A stretch of DNA of 64,000 nt. Origin: Flavobacteriaceae bacterium. GTDB lineage: Bacteria > Bacteroidota > Bacteroidia > Flavobacteriales > Flavobacteriaceae. The translations under genes were made by a program, and so were the position numbers. Shown one piece after another: positions 31,084 through 39,503 of this stretch (positions are counted from its first letter, which is position 1; every line of letters begins with the position of its first letter). The stretch spans positions 33,784 through 97,783 of the forward strand of contig JBLHIC010000001.1 of assembly GCA_047614245.1 (NCBI GenBank), given 5' to 3'. The notes under the pieces are model-generated. The model did no database searches and was not told the origin of the DNA. It saw only the letters and a list, made by a program, of their open reading frames with translations.

Positions 31084-31247
31084 GGCTCTATTCTTTGAAA
31101 AAAAAATACAAATAAATAATATAAATATTATCTTTCTTGTGGCAATTTAACTATGTTTGTTAGGTTATTGTAAGAAAAAACTGAATAATTTGTAGGATTT
31201 TTCCTTAATGTTTTATAGATTAGCCCCCTAATTTAAAATATATTAAG

Positions 31248-31370
31248 ATGAAAAAGCTAATGTTTATTTTCGCATTACTTGCATTAGTTGCAAGTTGTAC
31301 CCCAGAATCATTAACAAGTGATGAGCAGCAACTCGACAAAGACAAATACGAAATTCCACCAAACGGATAG
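31248..31370 (+). CDS. 40-aa lipopeptide (not in ORF track)
   Basis: MKKLMFIFALLALVASCTPESLTSDEQQLDKDKYEIPPNG*; A-rich start context and VASC lipobox. Confidence 0.8.
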   Translation: MKKLMFIFALLALVASCTPESLTSDEQQLDKDKYEIPPNG

Positions 31371-31836
31371 AAAAAAAAGCCTTCTCACAGGGGTGTTCCT
31401 GTCATTGTTAATAATAGCAACACCCTTTTTATTCTACATTTATAAATACGCCCCTGACGCGAAAGAATGGGACACGATTTTTGGCACCATACGAGCAAGC
31501 GGATTTAGCAATGTCCAGACCTATATGCATGCCGTTTTTACCAAGTTTACATTTATATTACTTACTACTATCTGGTTCTTGACATCAAAGAATTGGTGGA
31601 AATATGCTATTCTCGTACCTCTTGTTATGTTCTTGTTCCAGTTTATCGGCGTTTTGAACTATGAACTTCAATATATAGACGAAGTTGACTTTTGGTATTC
31701 CTTACCAATAATATTACCCATACTTATCTTTCTTATCTACATTTCCTATAGAATTAGCAAAAATGAAAGTTATTCTTCAGATCTCATGACCGAAGTGGAC
31801 GATGAGATTAAAAAGTTGAAGGGCGAAGATCTATAG
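31321..31836 (+). CDS. Hypothetical 4-TM membrane protein overlapping the lipopeptide gene (start uncertain)
   Basis: TPFLFYIY...IWFLTSKNWWKYAILVP hydrophobic segments; first 50 nt overlap the lipopeptide gene in the +1 frame. Confidence 0.75.
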   Translation: MSSNSTKTNTKFHQTDRKKSLLTGVFLSLLIIATPFLFYIYKYAPDAKEWDTIFGTIRASGFSNVQTYMHAVFTKFTFILLTTIWFLTSKNWWKYAILVPLVMFLFQFIGVLNYELQYIDEVDFWYSLPIILPILIFLIYISYRISKNESYSSDLMTEVDDEIKKLKGEDL

Positions 31837-31956
31837 TTTAGTCGTGTCCTACTAAGATGTAAGTCCCCTACAATATTAGGCATGAGACATAAAATACTAT
31901 AGCATTGGAAATTGATCGTAGGCACAAGCAGCAAAAATCCTAGATTATAAGAGTGA

Positions 31957-32418
31957 ATATGGCCATGTGATAACCACGATAAAAAACTAAAGGACTTTAA
32001 AGCAAAGGCGAAAATTTTATTCCGAATTCAAAAATTAGAAACTGATGAACATTTTGGCGACTTCAAAACGGTTGGCGATGGAATTAGAGAATTGCGAATA
32101 AATAATTTAATAAAGGCAGTAAATAAGTTAGAAAGAGATGAAAAAAAAGAGAAAGAAATAGTTAAAAGAGAAAGAAGGAGTGAGATAAACAAAGAAGAAA
32201 GAAAATATTTTTTAGAGAAATATGGCGAGAAGATATTTAACAAATTAGACAATGGTAAATATTGGATTGGAATGACCGAGGAAATGGTGCGGTTTTCACT
32301 TGGAAATCCAAAAGACATTAACAGAAGTACTGGCAGTTACGGTGTTCACGAACAATGGGTTTATAGTAATAGAAACTTATACTTTGAAAATGGAGTATTA
32401 ACCTCCTATCAAAATTAA
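31957..32418 (+). pseudogene. Chimeric remnant: RelE/ParE-type addiction-module toxin fragment fused in frame to a hypothetical C-terminal domain
   Basis: 31981-32103 reads KKLKDFKAKAKILFRIQKLETDEHFGDFKTVGDGIRELRIN, then continues into ...WIGMTEEMVRFSLGNP...EQWVY...LYFENG; in-frame stop at 31954 and no canonical start upstream of the toxin-like part. Confidence 0.65.
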
Positions 32419-32429
32419 CTTTGATACGA

Positions 32430-32460
32430 CAAATGTCATATTCTAAGAATATAACAACTC
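32430..32460 (+). repeat. 31-bp direct repeat, copy 1
   Basis: CAAATGTCATATTCTAAGAATATAACAACTC; matches 33299-33329 at 30/31 positions. Confidence 0.85.
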
Positions 32461-32487
32461 TTGGTTCTCTATTAATCTAAACCTATT

Positions 32488-33176
32488 ATGAAATATTTAA
32501 AGTTAATTCTTATCCTAATTATTACATTAGGTTATACATCTTGTGGAGAAACCCAGGATAAAAAGGAGAGTAAAAAAGAAGTAGAATATTCTACTTCGAA
32601 TGAAGAAGGCCCAGAATCTAAAATGCTAGGAATTTGGATAACCAGCTCACAAAGTTCTCAGGATATAATAACTTCTATTTTAACAATAGAAAAAGATGGA
32701 AGCATGATATCTGTAAATTACGTAGTATCTAGCCTAGCTACTTTAAGTTCTAGGGAATTTAACTTCTTGGGAGAATACAATAAGGGAGTAATAAAACTAG
32801 GAGAAGAGAGATTTACGGATATAAAGTATTCAGAGAATAACAATGAAATATATTTCCAAGGAGATGCTTTCAGATATAAGGAAGCTATACCTAAAAAAGC
32901 AAAAAAAGAAAGTCCAGGGAAATTACCTGAGCCAACTAAAAAAGAAAAAAAATATTAAATATTAATGTTGACAACCTAAGAGTAAGAACAAGTCCTAATT
33001 TAAACGGAGAAAAAATCGAGAATTTAGCTATTAATAGTAAAGTAGAACTTATTAGAAAATCAAAAGACCAGACCACCGTTACAATTAATGAAAAAGATAT
33101 TACAGATTATTGGTATAAAATAAAAACTAGAAATGGCAATATTGGTTGGATTCACGGATGTTGTTTCGATAAGTAA
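32488..33176 (+). pseudogene. Lipoprotein with C-terminal SH3b domain, split by a frameshift at an A8 run
   Basis: Lipoprotein ORF 32488..32958 (YTSC lipobox); the -1 frame 32952..33176 encodes ILNINVDNLRVRTSPNLNGEKI...DYWYKIKTRNGNIGWIHGCCFDK*. Confidence 0.75.
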
Positions 33177-33298
33177 TTGCAAAGCGTAATTACATCAAAC
33201 GGATAAATTGTAAAATAAAAGTTAGACTTATAACTCAACAGGAATATGATGTAATCAAAGAATAATACAATCAATAACACAATTTCACTTTAAGACAG

Positions 33299-33329
33299 CA
33301 AATGTCATATTTTAAGAATATAACAACTC
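33299..33329 (+). repeat. 31-bp direct repeat, copy 2
   Basis: CAAATGTCATATTTTAAGAATATAACAACTC, followed by A-TAATTTTG (-7-like element). Confidence 0.85.
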
Positions 33330-33426
33330 ATAATTTTGCATCATTAATTCTCAGTTAATTTGGAGAAAGAAAGACGTTGGTCGGGTTCGCCGCTTCAAGC
33401 TCTATTGGGAAATAGTTTTAGGCATA

Positions 33427-34248
33427 TTACCCCAAATTGTCTTTGTAACCTGTCCAAAATTTGCCTGTATCTTCTATTTTTGATATAATTTTTGTTTTTT
33501 CTTGTGTAACTCGTAATCTTAGTGTGTAACCATTCGGATCGTCTAATAAACGATTATTAATATGTTTAACTCTTTGGGCGTTATTCAGGAAGTGACCACC
33601 TATATCATATTGTTTCCAATGAGCTACAAACTCGTCATAATACATTGGAGTTTTTCTACGAGTAAGGTGATGATGATACTCATGAACTAATATACTCATG
33701 AACTTAACATCTGCCTTTACGTCACGCTGAATGGCAGCAAGGCCATTATTGAAGAAGTCAAATTTACTTCTATTTATCATTAGCGTACCCTGTCCCCTAA
33801 CCTCCATGTTAGATGTGCCTGAATCAGTAAAGATTATGTTATATTTTGCGCCCCCTAATAGATTTTTCCAACCCTGCATTGAGTTCATTAATAAATATTT
33901 GCCTTGTCCAGAATATTCATCAATCAGGAATGATATTTTAGCAATATCTAAATCACGTTTCATTTCTTTTTCAAGAGCGGCTACAGCTTCTTTTTGCGCC
34001 GTTTTCCCCTCATTGTAACCCGCCTTATTAAATAATATAATTTTGTTATGCTTACTACTTTTGTTTTTGTCTATAGCCTGTTGGAGTTCTACAAGTGCAT
34101 TTCTACCTTGAGTATTAATATAGGTTGGCGTATTAGGGACAATCCTGTTATAAGCCTCTAATCGTTTGCAAATTGCAGAATAAGTGCTGCCCCTAGAGTT
34201 TGAAGGTTGTCCTCCTTCTTGAGTAAAAGACATTAATTGATAATTCAT
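33427..34248 (-). CDS. Hypothetical protein with HExxH zinc-metallopeptidase motif
   Basis: 273-aa ORF; ILVHEYHH...YYDEFVAH; no signal peptide. Confidence 0.6.
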   Translation of the reverse strand: MNYQLMSFTQEGGQPSNSRGSTYSAICKRLEAYNRIVPNTPTYINTQGRNALVELQQAIDKNKSSKHNKIILFNKAGYNEGKTAQKEAVAALEKEMKRDLDIAKISFLIDEYSGQGKYLLMNSMQGWKNLLGGAKYNIIFTDSGTSNMEVRGQGTLMINRSKFDFFNNGLAAIQRDVKADVKFMSILVHEYHHHLTRRKTPMYYDEFVAHWKQYDIGGHFLNNAQRVKHINNRLLDDPNGYTLRLRVTQEKTKIISKIEDTGKFWTGYKDNLG

Positions 34249-34485
34249 ACTAATCTTTCTATGTTATTTGAGTAGCTGACTTTGAGTAGTTAGTATCTCA
34301 TATAAATATTTATTGATAACAATATATACATTATACACCATTCTGAAAAATCAATGGCGATGAAATATGCTAAAAAAGTAACTGCTGGTCTAAATAAATT
34401 ATCTGAAGAGATTAAATCTGGAATACAACAAGATTTTAAAACAAATGATCGTTGGTAGTATAAATCAATAACAACACTTTGTTTG

Positions 34486-34519
34486 AAACCCTTGCATTCA
34501 CTTGTAAGGGTTTTTTTTT
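34486..34519 (+). terminator. Intrinsic terminator
   Basis: AAACCCTTGCA-TTCACT-TGTAAGGG followed by T9. Confidence 0.7.
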
Positions 34520-34563
34520 ATATCTTTAGGATCGCACCTCTCCCCTATTTAACACTTCAAGTA

Positions 34564-34797
34564 ATGACACTCAGAGATTTTGAAAAGCTAAACCATAGTG
34601 ACCGCTACGATGTGAATATGGACTATGCCGAGTTTATTTGCGTCCACTCAGTCTCAGGGAAAAAATATTTACTTTATTCACGAGGCAATTTCTATATTGA
34701 GCAAGAATGGGATTATCCAGACAAAAGAATATTAGAGAGAAGAGCTTTTACTTCTGATAATGCTTCGCTTGACACATACAATAGTCTCACTTTATAA
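34564..34797 (+). CDS. Small hypothetical protein
   Basis: ATG at 34564: MTLRDFEKL...YLLYSRGNFYIEQEWD...LDTY; resembles a small Flavobacteriaceae family (recalled, not searched). Confidence 0.6.
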   Translation: MTLRDFEKLNHSDRYDVNMDYAEFICVHSVSGKKYLLYSRGNFYIEQEWDYPDKRILERRAFTSDNASLDTYNSLTL

Positions 34798-34800
34798 ATT

Positions 34801-35112
34801 ATGAAAAAACAACACAAAAAGAGTAAAGAAAAGAATAAACCACAATTCACCGACGAAGAAGTCTATACACCGACACTAGATATAGGTGCCCTACTAAATG
34901 ACCCTGCAATTGAGGCAGCCTATCAAAAACACTACAAAGGTGACAAGCTTTACCAAGAAACAACAAGCGATACGGAAGAGACGTTTCCTAGCTTTTCAAC
35001 TAAAAAGCTCGAACTCACTTTAAAAGTAATACGTGGTGGCAATGAACCAGGTGAAACACAACGTGTGGGAGATAAAATTGAAAAAGAATTGAATAGAAGG
35101 AAACAATTATAA
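34801..35112 (+). CDS. Hypothetical protein
   Basis: 103-aa ORF starting 3 bp after the previous stop. Confidence 0.55.
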   Translation: MKKQHKKSKEKNKPQFTDEEVYTPTLDIGALLNDPAIEAAYQKHYKGDKLYQETTSDTEETFPSFSTKKLELTLKVIRGGNEPGETQRVGDKIEKELNRRKQL

Positions 35113-35137
35113 GTTAATCATTAATCGAATCTAAGTA

Positions 35138-35536
35138 ATGAATTTCCAAAATATCATAAATGACATAACTAATCAAGCAATTGCTGAATTAGAGAAATCT
35201 CCAGTTTTTCAAAGAACAAATGAGGATAGGCTAAAAGCTGTTGGAAATATTTATTTTTTATATTCTAATGAGAATCTAAAATACATTGGACAAAGACAAG
35301 CAAACGGAATAAAAACTAGACTTTCTCAACATCTTTTTGGAAAATCATACTCTGAAGACAATAACAATGTTCAAAACGGAACAGTATCTAAATGGAATAA
35401 AGTAAATGAAGAACTCGAAAAAGGAAAAAAAATAACTTTTAGAACAATTCACATTAAACCAGACAGCTTGCGAACAACTATTGAATTAGAATTAATTAAC
35501 TATTTCAAGCCAAAGTGGAACATTCAAGGAAAATAA
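35138..35536 (+). CDS. GIY-YIG nuclease family protein
   Basis: NIYFLY...KYIGQ, RLSQH, E-LI and P-WN motifs in GIY-YIG order. Confidence 0.75.
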   Translation: MNFQNIINDITNQAIAELEKSPVFQRTNEDRLKAVGNIYFLYSNENLKYIGQRQANGIKTRLSQHLFGKSYSEDNNNVQNGTVSKWNKVNEELEKGKKITFRTIHIKPDSLRTTIELELINYFKPKWNIQGK

Positions 35537-35993
35537 CATAACAGTTAATCCAGTAGGGAAAACAATATATCCTTTTCAGCTTGCGTAATTCCTAGATAGC
35601 TCTTTGTAGTTATTGGGCTACTATGGTTTAACACCGATAAAGATTAATAGTTAATTTCTATTAATTAAATACAGAACGATTTACAGAGCGGAAAATCTAA
35701 TAGTTAGAATGTATTAGATAAGAATAATTGATTAATCAACTTTTTACAACTTCAATTAATTGATCTTTTTTAATCTTTTAGAGAATCGTTAACAATCTTT
35801 TTCGATTCAATAGTTGATTTGTATTGATTCTAAGAAATTGAACTCAATCTTTTTCAAACTTTAATTAATTAAAGTTTATTAATAATCTTTTTTAATTCAG
35901 TTAAATGATTTATACTGATAATCATTAATGATGTTTTTTACACGGGAAAAAGAAGCAACTAAAAAAGCTAAAAACCTATACTTTTTTAGAATG

Positions 35994-36015
35994 GTTTAGT
36001 AAATGTTTAGTAAAT
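35994..36015 (+). repeat. Tandem 11-bp repeat next to the tRNA-Leu 3' end (possible integrase arm-type site)
   Basis: GTTTAGTAAAT x2, 56 bp from the tRNA 3' end. Confidence 0.5.
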
Positions 36016-36070
36016 CATAAATAAAAAAACCTCAACAATCTAATAAATAGAGAGTTAAGGTTTTCTAAAG

Positions 36071-36154
36071 TACTGATGGCGGGACTTGAACCCGCACGCC
36101 CCAAAGAGCACAGGATTTTAAGTCCGGCGTGTCTACCAATTCCACCACATCAGC
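36071..36154 (-). tRNA. tRNA-Leu (TAA)
   Basis: Reverse complement GCTGATGTGGTGGAATTGGTAGACACGCCGGACTTAAAATCCTG...GGTTCAAGTCCCGCCATCAGTA; long variable arm. Confidence 0.95.
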
Positions 36155-36232
36155 ATCATTCGATTACAGACTGTAATCGGGTAGTTTATTATTTCACAAA
36201 GTTAATACAAAAAGCAATCACTTTGCATGAAA

Positions 36233-36286
36233 TGGAGCGAAAAACGGGATTCGAACCCCTGCCTATGACGGCAGGCAGGCGCGACC
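36233..36286 (-). pseudogene. 3' fragment of tRNA-Gly (with CCA) interrupted by a 22-nt palindromic insertion
   Basis: TGGAGCGAAAAACGGGATTCGAACC-[CCTGCCTATGACGGCAGGCAGG]-CGCGACC versus the intact tRNA GAGCGAAAAACGGGATTCGAACC-CGCGACC. Confidence 0.8.
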
Positions 36287-36345
36287 CGGTCGCATCACTC
36301 AATAATAAGACAAAATTAACTATTATCTTAAAAAAATATTTCCAG

Positions 36346-36418
36346 AGCGAAAAACGGGATTCGAACCCGCGACCTCCACCTTGGCAAGGTGGCGCTCTAC
36401 CAGCTGAGCTATTTTCGC
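36346..36418 (-). tRNA. tRNA-Gly (GCC)
   Basis: Reverse complement GCGAAAATAGCTCAGCTGGTAGAGCGCCACCTTGCCAAGGTGGAGGTCGCGGGTTCGAATCCCGTTTTTCGCT. Confidence 0.96.
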
Positions 36419-36454
36419 AGAATGTAATGAACGTCGCTTCAATAAAAAAGCAAG

Positions 36455-36476
36455 CCTACCCTTTTTGGCAAGCAGG
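36455..36476. repeat. Second, degenerate 22-nt CCT.CC...GGCA.GCAGG element
   Basis: CCTACCCTTTTTGGCAAGCAGG; same length and ends as 36258-36279; adjacent to the tRNA -7 promoter element. Confidence 0.55.
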
Positions 36477-36569
36477 TGCAAATTTAAACCTTTTTAATAA
36501 ACCTGAAAGTAAAAAAGAAGTAATTTTTAATCAGAAACCGTAGCGCTATTACGATGAGCAGGATACCCT

Positions 36570-39212
36570 CTATTTTTTAACTTTTACAGACGCATTGCGT
36601 TGCAACATACGCTTAATCTCATTTAGTTTCATGAGGGCCTCGACAGGTGTAAGAGTATCAATATCTGTCTCTAAGATCTCGTCACGCAGCTCGATAAGCA
36701 AAGGATCGTCAAGTTTAAAAAAACTTAACTGCATTTCATCTTTGGCAATCGACTTCATTTCGTCTGTTAATTCTTCTGAAGAATGCAATTTTTCAAGGCG
36801 GCTTAATATTTTATTCGCGCGGTTTAAAACGGCTTGAGGCATCCCTGCCATTTTTGCAACATGAATTCCGAAGCTATGATGTGAACCTCCAGGTACAAGT
36901 TTCCGAAGAAAAAGAACATCATCTTTTAATTCTTTTACTGAGACATTATAGTTTTTAATTCGATCAAAGGTCTCAGTCATTTCATTGATCTCATGGTAAT
37001 GAGTCGCGAATAAGGTTTTCGCTCTTGAAGGATGTTCGTGCAAATATTCACTAATAGCCCACGCGATAGAAATCCCATCATACGTGCTGGTACCTCGACC
37101 TATTTCGTCCAATAACACGAGACTACGCTCAGAAATATTATTTAGAATACTGGCCGTTTCATTCATTTCAACCATAAAGGTTGATTCCCCCATTGAAATA
37201 TTGTCACTAGCACCAACCCGCGTGAATATCTTATCAACGCATCCCATTCGAACTGATTTTGCAGGAACAAAACTCCCCATTTGCGCAAGTAAAACAATTA
37301 AAGCAGTTTGCCTTAATATAGCCGATTTACCACTCATATTCGGACCGGTAATCATTATAAGTTGTTGATTCTCCCGATCTAAAAAAACATCATTTGCGAT
37401 ATAGGGACTATCTGGCGGCAATTGCTTTTCAATAACTGGATGTCGTCCTTCCTTAATATCGAGGTCGAATGAATCATCAAATAACGGTCGCACATAATTA
37501 GATTCCTTGGCTTGTTGTGCGAAAGAACAAAGGCAATCCAATTCTGCAATTAATGCAGCATTTTGTTGCACAGAGCCAATAAACTGAAGGATCCAATCGA
37601 CTAACTTTACATATATTTCTTGTTCTAATGCTCCGATTTTCTCTTCGGCACCTAAGATTTTAGATTCATACTCTTTGAGCTCTTCCGTGATATAGCGCTC
37701 TGCATTTACCAGGGTTTGTTTTCGAATCCATTCTTCAGGAACTTTGTCTTTGTGAGTGTTTCGAACTTCTATATAATAGCCAAATACATTATTTGAAGCT
37801 ATCTTCAATGAACTAATTCCAGTACGTGCTGCTTCACGAGTCACAATTTGATCCAGATAATCTTTTCCTCCTCTGGAAATCGCTCTTAACTCATCAAGTG
37901 TTTCATTAAATCCTTCTGCGACAGCATTTCCTTTTAAAATATTTACAGGCGCTTCTTCAAATAGGGTTTCTTTTATCTTCGCACGCAATAAATCACATTC
38001 TTGAAGCTGGTCACCAATAATCTTCACCGACTCGTTCTCTGAAAGGAGCGCCTGAGCTTTTACCGGAATCACCGCCTCTAATGAATTTTTTAACTGAACA
38101 ACCTCCCTGGGATTTATTTTTCCCGTGGCTACCTTCGAAATTAACCGCTCCAAATCGCCAATACGCTTTATATGTTGCTGGATTTTATCCTGAACCGTGG
38201 CATTCTCTAATAAATAAGATACAACTTCATGCCGACTTGTTATTCTCTCAATGTTTTTTAACGGAAGCGCCATCCATCGCTTCAAAAGTCGTCCTCCCAT
38301 TGGAGAGATCGTTTTATCGATTACATCTAATAAGGTTACAGCATTTTCTTGATTTGAGTGATACAGCTCCAAATTGCGAATCGTAAAACGATCCATCCAG
38401 ACATATTCGTCTTCGGCAATACGCGAAATTCGTGATATATGCTGCAATTTATTATGGCGTGTTTCACTTAAATAATGCAAAGCTGCACCCGCCGAAATAA
38501 CTCCTTCTTCGAGATGATCAATCCCAAAACCCTTTAAGTTCTTAGTGTCAAAATGTTTTTGGAGCGTTTCATTTGCATAATCTTTCTGAAACACCCAATC
38601 CTCTAAATGAAAAACATGAAAATTACCACCAAATGTTTCTGAAAAAAGCTTCCTCTTTTGCTTGCTAAAAAGCACTTCTGAAGGCCTAAAGTTTTGAAGT
38701 AATTTATCAATATATTCCGCTGAACCTTGTGCAGTTAAAAACTCGCCTGTCGAAATATCTAGAAAACTAACCCCAATTTTAGTATTCTTCTTGAGATTCC
38801 CGCCTTCGCGAGAATTAAAGTGAATAGCCGCCAAGAAATTATTTGATTTCGACTTTAGAATATCATCGTTTAATGCCACTCCCGGTGTTATAAGCTCCGT
38901 TACACCCCTTTTAACAATGTTCTTGGTTTGCTTTGGGTCTTCAAGCTGATCACAGATTGCAACACGACAGCCGGCCATTACTAATTTTGGCAAATATGTG
39001 TTTAAAGAATGATGAGGGAAACCAGCCAATTCGACATGCTCCCCTCCATTATTGCGAGCCGTGAGGGTAATATTTAAAATGCCTGCAGCCCGAATAGCAT
39101 CCTCCCCAAAAGTTTCATAAAAATCACCCACCCGAAATAACAACAACGCATCTGGATATTTCGCCTTGATGGTGTTGTATTGCTTCATTAATGGTGTTTC
39201 CTTCTTTCCCAT
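36570..39212 (-). CDS. mutS: DNA mismatch repair protein MutS
   Basis: [30 protein letters not shown] and [12 protein letters not shown] motifs. Confidence 0.97.
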   Translation of the reverse strand: MGKKETPLMKQYNTIKAKYPDALLLFRVGDFYETFGEDAIRAAGILNITLTARNNGGEHVELAGFPHHSLNTYLPKLVMAGCRVAICDQLEDPKQTKNIVKRGVTELITPGVALNDDILKSKSNNFLAAIHFNSREGGNLKKNTKIGVSFLDISTGEFLTAQGSAEYIDKLLQNFRPSEVLFSKQKRKLFSETFGGNFHVFHLEDWVFQKDYANETLQKHFDTKNLKGFGIDHLEEGVISAGAALHYLSETRHNKLQHISRISRIAEDEYVWMDRFTIRNLELYHSNQENAVTLLDVIDKTISPMGGRLLKRWMALPLKNIERITSRHEVVSYLLENATVQDKIQQHIKRIGDLERLISKVATGKINPREVVQLKNSLEAVIPVKAQALLSENESVKIIGDQLQECDLLRAKIKETLFEEAPVNILKGNAVAEGFNETLDELRAISRGGKDYLDQIVTREAARTGISSLKIASNNVFGYYIEVRNTHKDKVPEEWIRKQTLVNAERYITEELKEYESKILGAEEKIGALEQEIYVKLVDWILQFIGSVQQNAALIAELDCLCSFAQQAKESNYVRPLFDDSFDLDIKEGRHPVIEKQLPPDSPYIANDVFLDRENQQLIMITGPNMSGKSAILRQTALIVLLAQMGSFVPAKSVRMGCVDKIFTRVGASDNISMGESTFMVEMNETASILNNISERSLVLLDEIGRGTSTYDGISIAWAISEYLHEHPSRAKTLFATHYHEINEMTETFDRIKNYNVSVKELKDDVLFLRKLVPGGSHHSFGIHVAKMAGMPQAVLNRANKILSRLEKLHSSEELTDEMKSIAKDEMQLSFFKLDDPLLIELRDEILETDIDTLTPVEALMKLNEIKRMLQRNASVKVKK

Positions 39213-39503
39213 AAGGCCACTTTCTAGATTGGAAAAGCTAAGGTAGTTATTATTCTAAGTTTGTTAAATAGATAATAATCATACTTGTCGAAAGTTTTTC
39301 ACAATGAACCTTAAAACTTTAAAAGCCCCCAGCAATTGAGTCGTTAAAGAATAGTTTGCCCTTGAAAAGTTAAAAAAACGAAATATATACGTATTCTGAG
39401 GGATAATGTTGACATCACATTTTCAACTAGGCAAACCATTTTTACAACAATTCTGCGAAAGAAAGGCTGCTACTTTCATATAGAAAGTGATATTTTTGCA
39501 AGA

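Larger units (their letters stand above)
30657..36070. mobile_element. Decayed genomic islet at the 3' end of tRNA-Leu (no integrase present; boundaries approximate)
   Basis: Short hypothetical genes, gene fragments, a toxin remnant, a GIY-YIG gene, AT-rich spacers and a tandem 11-bp repeat next to the tRNA 3' end. Confidence 0.55.

Noticed and set aside
31195-31204. GGA...TCC as another SOS box
   Set aside because: The spacer is 4 nt, not 5.
34354-34458. 34-aa ORF MAMKYAKK...TNDRW followed by a terminator
   Set aside because: Too short and without a recognisable motif; probably the 3' remnant of a deleted gene, so not called.
35537-35635. Imperfect hairpin after the GIY-YIG gene as an integron attC site
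   Set aside because: Ends do not fit RYYYAAC/GTTRRRY, there is only one copy, and no integrase is present.
36076-36543. 155-aa ORF on the + strand
   Set aside because: Antisense shadow of tRNA-Leu, the tRNA-Gly fragment and tRNA-Gly.
39294-39303. DnaA-box-like TTTTTCACA between mutS and the TrmH gene
   Set aside because: A single match is expected by chance in AT-rich DNA; no cluster indicating an origin.
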